A stretch of 64,000 nucleotides of DNA from an uncultured delta proteobacterium (GCA_963787125.1 CAWBBV010000011.1:160001-224000); one strand, 5' to 3'; shown: positions 39,293-48,564, counted from the first letter of the stretch. The notes: generated by a model not told the origin, from the letters alone. Translations and numbers: made by a program.

Positions 39293-40806
39293 ACAGATCA
39301 CTAAAAATAGCAAAAAACGGTGAAGCCTTCCCACTTGCGGACATTCCACAATTCGAACCAAACGATTTCCTCCAGAAGATAATAACTGAAACCGGCGCCG
39401 GTTGGCGGGTTCTGAGTATGTTTGGCGCACCGAAAGAGTGCGGGGTGGATCTCTATGCCGTCCTCGGCGCCAGACTCGAACACCAGCTCGGTGTCATGAA
39501 GTGCACTGTCACTGAATCGTTCCCTTCCATAAGCGAGTATGTGCCGCAACTGCACCTTTTCGAGCGGGAAATCGCTGAAAACTGGGGGGTAATTCCGGAA
39601 GATCACCCCTGGTTCAAACCGGTCAGATTCAGCCGTACCCGCAACGGCGGGATAAACACCTTCGCAACTTCAGCTGACGAGCCGATAGCGCCCGGGGTTA
39701 CCGATTACTTCCGGGTCAACGGTGAAGAGGTCCATGAAGTTGCAGTCGGCCCGGTTCACGCCGGCATCATCGAACCGGGACATTTTCGTTTTCAGTGCCA
39801 CGGTGAGACGGTTTTTCATCTGGAGATTAGCCTTGGCTACCAGCATCGCGGCATTGAACGGCAGCTGACGGGCGGACCTCACCCCGAAACAGTTCATCAG
39901 ATTGAGGCGGTTGCCGGTGACACGACCATAGGGCACACCCAGGCTTACTGCATGATTATGGAGGGGCTCGGGAGTTCCCCGGCAGCGGAGCGCGGTGAGT
40001 CGATCAGGGCAATAGCGCTGGAGCTGGAGCGGCTGGCCAATCACTGCGGTGACCTCGGCGCTCTGGCAGGTGATGTCGGGTATCTGCCAACCATGTCCTA
40101 CTGCGGCCGCATCCGGGGCGACTTCCTCAATATGACGGCGCTGCTTTGCGGCAGCCGTTTCGGCCGCGGGCTGGTGAGACCGGGCGGGAGCGCTTTTGAT
40201 ATCGATACCCGCCGGTTGATGGAGTTGCAGAGGCGACTGGCCGCTGCCAGGGCTGATCTGAAATGTGCCGTTGATCTCCTCTGGCACTCTTCTTCAGCCA
40301 TGGCCCGCTTTGAAGAGACCGGAAAAGTGTCGCGTGAGGCAGCGCTCGAACTGGGACTGGTCGGCCCGGCTGCCAGAGCCTGCGGAATCCAGCGTGACGT
40401 GCGCAGCAGTTTCCCCTTCGGAGCTTACAAGAGAGCTGACTGGCAGCCCGCTACCGACCCTCACGGAGACGTGTTTGCCCGGGCAATGGTCAGGTGGCTT
40501 GAGTGTGAGAAATCTATCGAATTCATTGCCGCAGAACTGGACCGCCTGCCTCAAGGACCATGTCGCAATCTGGTTGCCGCCCCGGCGCCTGAAACCATGG
40601 CAATCGCCTTGACAGAGGGGTGGCGCGGGGAGATCTGCCATACTGCCATCACTGATGCGCACGGCAGCTTCGCCGCCTACAAGATTGTCGATCCATCATT
40701 CCACAACTGGACCGGCCTTGCCCTGGCGCTCCGGGGCGAGCAGATCTCCGATTTCCCCCTGTGCAACAAGAGCTTCAACCTGTCGTACTGCGGCTTCGAT
40801 CTTTAA
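39289..40806 (+). CDS. ehrL: Ehr large subunit (NuoC+NuoD/HycE-like) lacking the NiFe CxxC ligands
   Basis: LFEREIAE, VGPVHAGIIEPGHFRF, LGYQHRG, EGWRGE; ends DFPLCNKSFNLSYCGFDL instead of DPCxxC. Confidence 0.9.
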   Translation: MNRSLKIAKNGEAFPLADIPQFEPNDFLQKIITETGAGWRVLSMFGAPKECGVDLYAVLGARLEHQLGVMKCTVTESFPSISEYVPQLHLFEREIAENWGVIPEDHPWFKPVRFSRTRNGGINTFATSADEPIAPGVTDYFRVNGEEVHEVAVGPVHAGIIEPGHFRFQCHGETVFHLEISLGYQHRGIERQLTGGPHPETVHQIEAVAGDTTIGHTQAYCMIMEGLGSSPAAERGESIRAIALELERLANHCGDLGALAGDVGYLPTMSYCGRIRGDFLNMTALLCGSRFGRGLVRPGGSAFDIDTRRLMELQRRLAAARADLKCAVDLLWHSSSAMARFEETGKVSREAALELGLVGPAARACGIQRDVRSSFPFGAYKRADWQPATDPHGDVFARAMVRWLECEKSIEFIAAELDRLPQGPCRNLVAAPAPETMAIALTEGWRGEICHTAITDAHGSFAAYKIVDPSFHNWTGLALALRGEQISDFPLCNKSFNLSYCGFDL

Positions 40807-40847
40807 GGGTAAAGGCCTGACTGTTTTCTTGCCAGCGGTAAAATCAA

Positions 40848-41084
40848 CTACTCTAAACTGCTTTGAAGTTTGGCTTCTACGAGGGAGATAATCCGGGAGG
40901 CAGGGACACAGAGCCCCTTGGAAAGCTGAAATATGGTCACGAGGGATGGTTGCTGACGACCAGTTTCAAGAAGGGAAATAAAGGAGCGATCCAGAAAGCA
41001 TTCATGGGCGAGATCTTCCTGAGAAAGCTTTTTCTGCTTTCTCAGTTCTTTTAAGACTTCGCCGAATGCCTTTTCGATGGTCAC
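40848..41084 (-). CDS. XRE/Cro-C1 (controller-like) HTH regulator
   Basis: FGEVLKELRKQKKLSQEDLA...DRSFISLLETGRQQPSL. Confidence 0.85.
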   Translation of the reverse strand: MTIEKAFGEVLKELRKQKKLSQEDLAHECFLDRSFISLLETGRQQPSLVTIFQLSKGLCVPASRIISLVEAKLQSSLE

Positions 41085-41134
41085 TGATGCCCCCTGTTAC
41101 GAGGCGGACGCTACCATGAAAGGCGGTTATTAGC

Positions 41135-41188
41135 TGTTGACAGTAGTCAACAAAAAGTGTTGACAAGATAAAGTTCGTTTTGCATGAT
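41135..41188 (+). promoter_or_regulatory. Operator palindrome plus sigma70 promoter for the protease cassette
   Basis: TGTTGAC-agta-GTCAACA (41135-41152); TTGACA (41160) - 17 nt - CATGAT (41183). Confidence 0.7.
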
Positions 41189-41257
41189 TCGGCCTTAATG
41201 GTAAATTGGCTTAATTATAGGTCCGTAAGCTGATGGGCTGGTTAAAGGAGATTTAAA

Positions 41258-42184
41258 ATGAAACAAAGCGCAATTTTCAACAGATTCATGCTGATTCAGT
41301 TTGTAGTAATTTTAGTCCTCATGTCTGCCGGGACAGTATTAGCAGCGAATGCCATCTCGCTTCCGGCATCTGAGCCGTACACCATCTACTACACGACCAA
41401 CGGAGCAACGCCGACTGCGCCAACGAGCAACATCACAGCCACTTCAACCGCTGCTATAGAGACATTTTCTCTCGTCCCTAACGCAGGCAAAGGGAAGAGC
41501 TATAAAAAACCGGAAAAACTCAAAATCCATGAGTCGAAACGTGAGTTTGAAAAGCATGTTAAAGAGAAGCATGGCAAGCGATTTAATGTTATGGATTATG
41601 GTGCTAGACAAACAGAGAATGGCTTAGAAGGTAATATTTTTATTGCCGAAAACAGGGACCCAGCCTTCCTACAACTTGGCGACACATGCAACGAAGGGGA
41701 GCGGGCGCGGCGGGTAGCAATAGCTCAGGAGTTCTTTCTAAACAACTCGGAGTTGATTGGGTTCACGGAAAACGAAGAGCTGCAGGTGCGTGGAATTGAG
41801 CGTAATTACTGTGGCAGTCTTTATTTTGACAGATACATAAACGGATATAAATTAGTCGGTTCTGTCATTCATTTTGGATTTGAACCACAATATAACTATA
41901 GCATTATTGCAACATTAAGGGTTATTACCCCCGAAATGTACACAGCAGCGCAACAGAAAGGGCTTAGCGAAGAAGAGATTGCCGACATAGTTTACCAAGA
42001 CCTGAATATCCCTACTACCGACAATAAAAGTAAAAGATTAAAAAGTCTGCCAAAGTTGGAGATGCGCAAGCACCTGCGCAACGAGAAGCCTTATGTTATC
42101 TGGGAGGTAAGGGACAGGTATTTTTACGAAATTGACGCTATCACCGGTGAGATCGTATTCAAAAAACCGAATGTAAAATATTGA
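41258..42184 (+). CDS. Secreted protein resembling a stand-alone thermolysin propeptide (FTP/PepSY-like)
   Basis: Signal peptide; IYYTTNGATPT snippet; AQEFFLNNSELIG...FDRYINGYKLVGS (FTP-like); C-terminal YVIWEV...YEIDAITGEIV (PepSY-like). Confidence 0.6.
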   Translation: MKQSAIFNRFMLIQFVVILVLMSAGTVLAANAISLPASEPYTIYYTTNGATPTAPTSNITATSTAAIETFSLVPNAGKGKSYKKPEKLKIHESKREFEKHVKEKHGKRFNVMDYGARQTENGLEGNIFIAENRDPAFLQLGDTCNEGERARRVAIAQEFFLNNSELIGFTENEELQVRGIERNYCGSLYFDRYINGYKLVGSVIHFGFEPQYNYSIIATLRVITPEMYTAAQQKGLSEEEIADIVYQDLNIPTTDNKSKRLKSLPKLEMRKHLRNEKPYVIWEVRDRYFYEIDAITGEIVFKKPNVKY

Positions 42185-42230
42185 TTCCATATATTTATTA
42201 ACTGAAAACTTCATTTCAATATCGGAAATC

Positions 42231-45200
42231 TTGATGACAACAAATAAATACAGAATTTACATACGCTTGCTTACCACGGTTGCGACAATAGTCCTCTTGA
42301 CGGTCGCCATCAGGTCAAATGCTGCTGCGGAGCTGTATGGCTCGTATCCGGTTGGTAACGTTGCCGGATTAACTATCGGTTTTCGCTGGTTCGATGCCAC
42401 GCATGCCCCTTCATATACGCTTCAGGTTGCCTCAGACGTCGACTTCAATGACAAGCTCTACGATAACCCCAACGCTCCATCTTCACAACTTATCTACGTA
42501 TCTGTTTTTACTGACGACGGTCGCACCTACTACTGGCGGGTCAGCAGGAACGACACCGGATTAACGTCGACAACGCTCTCTTTTGTCAATGGGCCAAGTG
42601 CAGCTCCTGGTATGCCATCTGTTTATGGACCGACCGATGGCACATACCTTGGCGGCAAAAACGGTTTTTTCTGGATGGAGAGCGACAGAGCCTACAGCTA
42701 TAAGGTAACTGCCGCGAACAACAGCAGTTTTAATAACCCTATTATCGATGGGCCACTTCTTAACAGTTATGTTATTTTGACAGACAAGCTTCCTGGCGAT
42801 GGTTCAACGATTTACTGGAAAGCACAAACCTCGAATTCAAAGGGGTGGAGCGCCCCTTCTCCAGTCATCAGTTTTATCAATGACTGTTATATGGCGTCAG
42901 TAGGCTCCGGCGGCGGACTCGACCATATTGACACCTGCACTGACGATTACACTGCCAGAAATGCCAGCTACTATCTGCTGAAAGACATCAGCCGCCGTGC
43001 AAACAATAATCCTCACTTTCATGCAGGCGAAATGGCTGACACCGCTTCGATCATCACCGGTCTCAACAGCGATAACTTGCGGATTGAGGCCGGAAAACTC
43101 AAGGGTACACCTATTGTGCCGCTGGCGGATTTTGACAATAAGTGGGACGAAACGGACAATTCAAAGCGGGACGCAATCAAAGCTCACGTCTACACCGGCA
43201 GATTTTATGACTATCTTCTCGGCACGTTCCTGAAAACAGCCGGCGGTAGTCCTCTCAACTCCTTCGACGGCAGCGGCAGATCCATGTACAACCAGATGAA
43301 CGGCGGGTTGGAATGTAATACGAATACAGCCGCCTATTGGAGCCGTTATACTTGGAATGTGCATTTTTGTACGGCTGGCGTCAGCCAGTATCCAGAACTG
43401 GTCGGGCACGAATGGGGACACGGAGTTGCCGGTACGGCCTCAGACCGGGGATACACCTCATTAGGCGACATAAAAGAGCCCGGCGCACTTGATGAAGCCT
43501 TCTCCGACTGGCTGGGGCTAGCATTCAAAAACGCATTTTTCGGTAGTTCGTGGAATTTCATGTCAGTCAATTTTGGGAATCTGACTCCAAATTACTATTA
43601 CGGTAATGGGTATGTGCTGCCAACCTATTCATGCAATTCCGACAATGACTATTGCGGCATTCATACCAATGCCAATGTGCCAAACACCATGTTCTACCTC
43701 CTTGCCAATGGTGGTGAACATCCGTTTTCGAAGATCAAGGTTGGGAAGCTTAATGGCGGAGTGTTGCAAGGGATCGGCATCGAAACCGCCATGAAGATAG
43801 CTTTCCGTGCGAATATGGAATATTGGTTAAGCGGGGTTTCTTTTTTAGATGCAGCAAGTGGGATGTCTAATGCTGTAATTAAACACTATTCCCAAGACCC
43901 CAACCTCCTTCACCAAGTCAAAAACGCCTGGGCAGCAGTTGGAGTTGGTGGCCTGCCACAACTGACCGTAACCAGCGCCGACAGCAACAAGGGTATTGTG
44001 AACAACCCGGTCAAAATAGCCACAGACGGGGCAAAGAAGCAGTACGAGCCGGTCTGGGGCGGAACCGTGACTGTAGTGGCGACCTCGAATCCAGGGCATG
44101 TATTTGACAGCTGGTTGGAAAACGATTCGGTTGTCATGATACAGGATGATTCATTGATGAAACCCGCGCCTAAGCAGTACACTTTCCCGGTAACAAGTGA
44201 CAGAACTCTCACCGCAAAATTTGTCCCTGTTGGCACAATCACGTTCGACACTGTCAATGTGGGACAGAGCTCGCTGGAGAAGACCATCACCATTACCAAC
44301 AGTTACAAGCCGATCATAAAATTCGGTCAGGTGCAGTTGAATGGCAGTGGCGCAGCTGATTTCAGAATAATCGCCGATACCTGTTCCAATCAGGAAAAAT
44401 ATTTTAGTGAAAGTTGCTCGATTCAACTGGTTTTTACCCCGCACTCCGCAGGACTTCGTGAAGCAACCCTCGATATTTCCGCAACAGATAATAAAACTGG
44501 TCTGAACGCCTTCCCCCCCGCAAGTTACCAGTTAAGCGGTAATGGCGTATATACCGGAGTCTCGGTCACATCTTCTTCCACATCAGGCGGCACAGTCGCC
44601 CTCAGCGGCAGCCAGCTCTGGGGAGGCACAGCGACGGCTACAGCGACACCTAGCAGCGGCTATGCTTTCACCGGCTGGCTTGAAGACGGAGCAAACGTCA
44701 GCTCAGCATTCAGCTACAGCTTCACTGTGACATCTACACGATCTCTGCTCGCCATGTTCTCATCAACCCCGGCGGTGATGACCGCCACACCGATGTCAGG
44801 CAATTTCAGTGCAACGCCAACCGGGGTAACTTCACCGGAGCGCACCTTCACCATCACCAACAACGGACAGCAACCCCTGACTTTTACCTCAATCACCGTC
44901 TCCGGGGTCAATCTCACCGATTTCGGAAACACTTACAACAGTTGTGGCGCTGCATTGTCGCCAAACGCTTCCTGTTCGATTCGCATAAATTTCACCCCGG
45001 CTGCTGCAGGCGTTAGAACGGCAATGATCAACATTGTCACCAACGACCAGGCTACACCGACATATGTTATCCCGCTCTCCGGCTACGGCGGAGCCTCGGT
45101 CATGCGCTATGAAGGCGGCTTCTCCGCCAAGTATTACCCTACGGCTCAGAGCGCATACGATGAATCCCTTGACGGCAACGAGTTACGACTCTGGGCTGCT

Positions 45201-46454
45201 GATTTCAACGAGTCGTTGAATCTCAACCGGTCTGTAAGCACCACCATTCGCGGCGGCTACAACGGCAATTTTGTTGATATCATCGGCAGATCGGCTCTGC
45301 AAGGGGCCTTGACGATCAGCAGCGGCACAGTGATTGTTGATGGATTGCAAATCGGCGGAACAAGTTATCAATCCACCCTCTCCATTAAGGTCGATTCCCC
45401 CGGTTCTGGCACTGTCACCAGCTCGCCTTCTGCTATCAACTGCTCGGGAAGCTGTGCGGCTACACTGGGTTACGGCGACATGATCACTCTCACCGCCTCC
45501 CCGGTCGGCGATGCAACATTCACCGGCTGGTCCGGAGGCGGATGCAGCGGCACGGGCAGCTGTACAGTCACCATGACCGGCGACATGAGCGTAACGGCGC
45601 TGTTCAGCGCAGCCAAGATATCTGTTGTGCCATCTTCAGAAAGCCTGGGGAGTGTTTATGCCGGGACTGCTACCTCACCGCAGACAATCACCGTGTCAAG
45701 TTCAGGGTCTCATGACCTGATACTTGGAACTCTGTCTCTGACCGGAACAGACGCTGCCGAGTTCATCACTTCAGGTGATACCTGTTCAGGCCGCACCCTC
45801 GCACCCACAGCTACCTGCACTATTCAGACTGTATTTGCGCCAACCTCAACCGGAGCCAAAACCGCAAGTATTCTCATCCCCTCCAATGATCCGCAAACAC
45901 CGGTTTTCAACGTTTCGCTGAACGGCATCGGCACGCTGCCGACTATCTCAATTGCCAAGGCCGGAAATGGCTTTGGAACAGTAAGCAGCTCACCCGCCGG
46001 GAACAACTGCGGCAGCAGCTGTACAGCTGCTTTTACGCTGAATTCAACCGTCGCCCTCACCGCAACTCCGGACTTCGGCTATAGCTTCAGCGGCTGGTCA
46101 GGCGCATGCAGCGGTACAGGAAACTGCAATCTGATCATGAGTAGTGATTATTCTGTAACCGCCACCTTTATTGAAATTCCGATTGCTGCCTGTAGCGCCA
46201 ACCCGACCTTTGTAAATGGCAGCGTCTATCCGTCGATTCAAGCTGCCTATAATGCCGCGCCGGATGGCAGCATCATCAAGCTCCTGGCAACGGATATTTA
46301 CGAGAATTTTATCGCCGCCAGACCCATAGCCGTGACCCTTGATGGCGGCTATAAATGCAGCTTTACCTCAACGCAGACTGAAACAGTCATTCACGGGTCA
46401 CCGCAAATAATTGACGGTGCAGTCAATATGATGAACATCAGCGTAGTTGAATAA
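42231..46454 (+). CDS. Large secreted/surface M4 (thermolysin-family) metalloprotease with Fn3, InlB-B-like and Ig-like (choice-of-anchor D) repeats
   Basis: Signal peptide; AAYW; HEWGH (43407-43421); GALDEAFSD; GIHTNA; AWAAVGV; GYAFTGW/FTGWSGGGCSGTGSC repeats; FxIxxDTC...C...FxP Ig repeats. Confidence 0.88.
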   Translation: MMTTNKYRIYIRLLTTVATIVLLTVAIRSNAAAELYGSYPVGNVAGLTIGFRWFDATHAPSYTLQVASDVDFNDKLYDNPNAPSSQLIYVSVFTDDGRTYYWRVSRNDTGLTSTTLSFVNGPSAAPGMPSVYGPTDGTYLGGKNGFFWMESDRAYSYKVTAANNSSFNNPIIDGPLLNSYVILTDKLPGDGSTIYWKAQTSNSKGWSAPSPVISFINDCYMASVGSGGGLDHIDTCTDDYTARNASYYLLKDISRRANNNPHFHAGEMADTASIITGLNSDNLRIEAGKLKGTPIVPLADFDNKWDETDNSKRDAIKAHVYTGRFYDYLLGTFLKTAGGSPLNSFDGSGRSMYNQMNGGLECNTNTAAYWSRYTWNVHFCTAGVSQYPELVGHEWGHGVAGTASDRGYTSLGDIKEPGALDEAFSDWLGLAFKNAFFGSSWNFMSVNFGNLTPNYYYGNGYVLPTYSCNSDNDYCGIHTNANVPNTMFYLLANGGEHPFSKIKVGKLNGGVLQGIGIETAMKIAFRANMEYWLSGVSFLDAASGMSNAVIKHYSQDPNLLHQVKNAWAAVGVGGLPQLTVTSADSNKGIVNNPVKIATDGAKKQYEPVWGGTVTVVATSNPGHVFDSWLENDSVVMIQDDSLMKPAPKQYTFPVTSDRTLTAKFVPVGTITFDTVNVGQSSLEKTITITNSYKPIIKFGQVQLNGSGAADFRIIADTCSNQEKYFSESCSIQLVFTPHSAGLREATLDISATDNKTGLNAFPPASYQLSGNGVYTGVSVTSSSTSGGTVALSGSQLWGGTATATATPSSGYAFTGWLEDGANVSSAFSYSFTVTSTRSLLAMFSSTPAVMTATPMSGNFSATPTGVTSPERTFTITNNGQQPLTFTSITVSGVNLTDFGNTYNSCGAALSPNASCSIRINFTPAAAGVRTAMINIVTNDQATPTYVIPLSGYGGASVMRYEGGFSAKYYPTAQSAYDESLDGNELRLWAADFNESLNLNRSVSTTIRGGYNGNFVDIIGRSALQGALTISSGTVIVDGLQIGGTSYQSTLSIKVDSPGSGTVTSSPSAINCSGSCAATLGYGDMITLTASPVGDATFTGWSGGGCSGTGSCTVTMTGDMSVTALFSAAKISVVPSSESLGSVYAGTATSPQTITVSSSGSHDLILGTLSLTGTDAAEFITSGDTCSGRTLAPTATCTIQTVFAPTSTGAKTASILIPSNDPQTPVFNVSLNGIGTLPTISIAKAGNGFGTVSSSPAGNNCGSSCTAAFTLNSTVALTATPDFGYSFSGWSGACSGTGNCNLIMSSDYSVTATFIEIPIAACSANPTFVNGSVYPSIQAAYNAAPDGSIIKLLATDIYENFIAARPIAVTLDGGYKCSFTSTQTETVIHGSPQIIDGAVNMMNISVVE

Positions 46455-46521
46455 GGCAACAGATTGGTGGCAGTCGTAAGAGAATTAACTGATAGAATTC
46501 TGATATAAAAGGGGTATAGAA

Positions 46522-46959
46522 ATGAGAAAGCTGAAACTGCTGATCTTCGCCGTTATAATCACAACAGCCGTCACCGCCAATGCAGGCAACGGAGATCTGA
46601 AGGTAAACGGCACAATCAATGCCGGAGTAGGCGGGATCAGATTTCTGAACGGCACAACACTGCATGGCGGAGTAACAGGGGTGCTTGACGCCAAAGGCTG
46701 GACAAAGCTTCCAAACGGTCTGATTATGCAGTGGGGCACTTTTATCATAGGTATCGGAACAGGGCAGGTGGCAGATGAAACCTTTTCTATACCGTTTCCC
46801 AATGCCGTAACATCCGTCACATTCACACCTTTATTTCCGCAGATGTATGTTCAATCATATGTGATCTACTTGCGAGCTCTGACAAATACAAACTTCACTG
46901 CCGGGGTATACAGCTGGTCGAGCAGCCAGAAAGTCTACTACACGGCGATAGGATATTGA
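46522..46959 (+). CDS. Signal-peptide-bearing protein with a phage tail-fibre (gp53-like) C-terminal domain
   Basis: MRKLKLLIF...ANA signal; GWTKLPNGLIMQWG, FSIPFPN and terminal YTAIGY motifs. Confidence 0.78.
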   Translation: MRKLKLLIFAVIITTAVTANAGNGDLKVNGTINAGVGGIRFLNGTTLHGGVTGVLDAKGWTKLPNGLIMQWGTFIIGIGTGQVADETFSIPFPNAVTSVTFTPLFPQMYVQSYVIYLRALTNTNFTAGVYSWSSSQKVYYTAIGY

Positions 46960-47099
46960 AAGCAGCAGGCTGATCCTTCACAAGGTCGTTAGCTTCGGTT
47001 CTGACGCAGATGAAGCAGGGAGGGCGGCTCTGTGACGGCAGTAAGAATCGATCCTCTGAGAAATCAAGCCAAGCTGGTTAATTTGAGTGACGGTTCCGG

Positions 47100-47362
47100 G
47101 AAGATTCAGGGGGTGGCTGTTGACGGCTCGGGCAACATATACCTGACCCGTACCGACGGTAGCAGCAGGGCCGGAATTGTTACCCGCAAAATGGGTCAAG
47201 TTCGTTAACAGCAATTCAGCCACGAGCTACATCAATGATATCGCCCTTGATAAAGCTGGAAACTATATACGTAGCGGCGAGGTCGGTAATTCTCCCGACT
47301 CCGGTTACCTGACGATAAAATACTTGAAAATTCCTACGGAAACTGACAAGAACAAGTTATAG
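47100..47362 (+). pseudogene. Fragments of an SBBP-type beta-propeller gene
   Basis: Short pieces QGVAVDGSGNIYLT (47107-47148), YINDIALDKAGNY and DSGYLTIKY, with no intact gene. Confidence 0.55.
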
Positions 47363-47416
47363 GGCAATACCTGAGTTCAGCTAAAAAGACTTGCCGATCA
47401 AACAAAAGGGACAGTC

Positions 47417-48205
47417 ATGTTAAAAACCATACTCGCCCGCATTCAGCAGAAGCACCGGACAATTAAATACCCGGATGAACCGGCGGAGCTGCCTGATCTT
47501 TTCCGCGGCTATCCGAAGATTGAGGCTGAAAAGTGTCGGCCTGGGTGCAGTGCCTGTGCGTCAGCGTGCCCATATGGAGCAATAAAAACAGGGGTCAGTA
47601 GTCTGGGGTCGGGGGTCAGTGAAAACCCTGGAATTTCTCTGGATATGGGGCTTTGCATCTTCTGCAATGAGTGCGCTCTTGCCTGTCCGCATGGCGCGAT
47701 AAGTTTTACAACCGAGCATCAACTTGCGACCAGCTCGCGCGATGAACTGGTTGTCATGGCGAACCATCGCCACAACCGGGCAAGAGCCCTTGAAGAGAAG
47801 CGGCTGAAGCTTTTCAGTAATTCCCTGAAACTGCGGGAGGTTTCGGCCGGTGGCTGCAATGCCTGTGAAGCTGATACGAATGTCCTTAATACGGTCGGTT
47901 TTGACCTGGGGAGATTCGGGATCCAGTTTGTTGCCTCGCCGCGCCACGCCGACGGCATCTTTGTCACCGGCCCGGTCAGCGAAAACATGCGGGAAGCGCT
48001 GCTTAAAACCTGGGAGGCAATCCCGGAGCCGAAGATCGCCATTGTCTGCGGCGCCTGTGCCATCGGCGGCGGGCCGTTCCGGGGCAACCCTGAAGTTCAT
48101 AACGGCGTTAACACCCTCATTCCAGTGGATCTTTATATCCCCGGCTGTCCACCTCACCCGCTGACCATTCTTGATGGGCTCCTGCGTATGATCGCCAGAA
48201 TTTGA
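47417..48205 (+). CDS. ehrS: Ehr small subunit (2x4Fe-4S ferredoxin fused to a NuoB/HycG-like domain)
   Basis: CSACASACP, CIFCNECALACP; GGCNACE, VASPRHADG, GACAIGGG, YIPGCPPHP. Confidence 0.9.
   Translation: MLKTILARIQQKHRTIKYPDEPAELPDLFRGYPKIEAEKCRPGCSACASACPYGAIKTGVSSLGSGVSENPGISLDMGLCIFCNECALACPHGAISFTTEHQLATSSRDELVVMANHRHNRARALEEKRLKLFSNSLKLREVSAGGCNACEADTNVLNTVGFDLGRFGIQFVASPRHADGIFVTGPVSENMREALLKTWEAIPEPKIAIVCGACAIGGGPFRGNPEVHNGVNTLIPVDLYIPGCPPHPLTILDGLLRMIARI
47591..47618 (+). repeat. Four degenerate heptamers inside ehrS
   Basis: GGGGTCA-GTAGTCT-GGGGTCG-GGGGTCA. Confidence 0.6.
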
Positions 48206-48327
48206 CTGGCTTTTGCCGTGGATTCCATTCCAGCCCCCCTCCAGGCTTCACGCCGTGATAAAAGACTTGCATGAATCATATTGACATACAATAATGGTAT
48301 CAGTATTTGATTGCGGAGGTAACAGTC

Positions 48328-48564
48328 ATGAAAAGTTGTGTGCCATGTACCCTGAGGCTGGAAGAGAGTATTTATACCCGCGTCAAGGAGATTGCCCGGC
48401 AACAGCATACATCCTTTACTGCCTTTGTTCAGGGAGCTTTGGCTGACGTGCTGAAAAAAGAGGAGCAGAAAGCGCTATACGAAGCCTTTTCTCTTGCCGG
48501 AGATGACTCTGATGTTGATTTTGCCGCAGCAGCCCAGCACGAGGTAATCGAGCGCCATGAGTAA
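48328..48564 (+). CDS. RHH/CopG-like antitoxin
   Basis: TLRLEESIYTRVKEIARQQHTS; GGAGG RBS; overlaps the toxin gene. Confidence 0.7.
   Translation: MKSCVPCTLRLEESIYTRVKEIARQQHTSFTAFVQGALADVLKKEEQKALYEAFSLAGDDSDVDFAAAAQHEVIERHE

Noticed and set aside
39289..40806. Functional [NiFe] hydrogenase-4 large subunit
   Set aside because: Both CxxC metal-binding motifs are missing
41190..41250. c-di-GMP/cGAMP (GEMM) riboswitch upstream of the protease cassette
   Set aside because: The GNRA tetraloop/receptor P2-P3 pattern and GCAAA elements were not found
46522..46959. Prophage
   Set aside because: A lone tail-fibre-like gene with a signal peptide; no capsid, terminase, integrase or other tail genes
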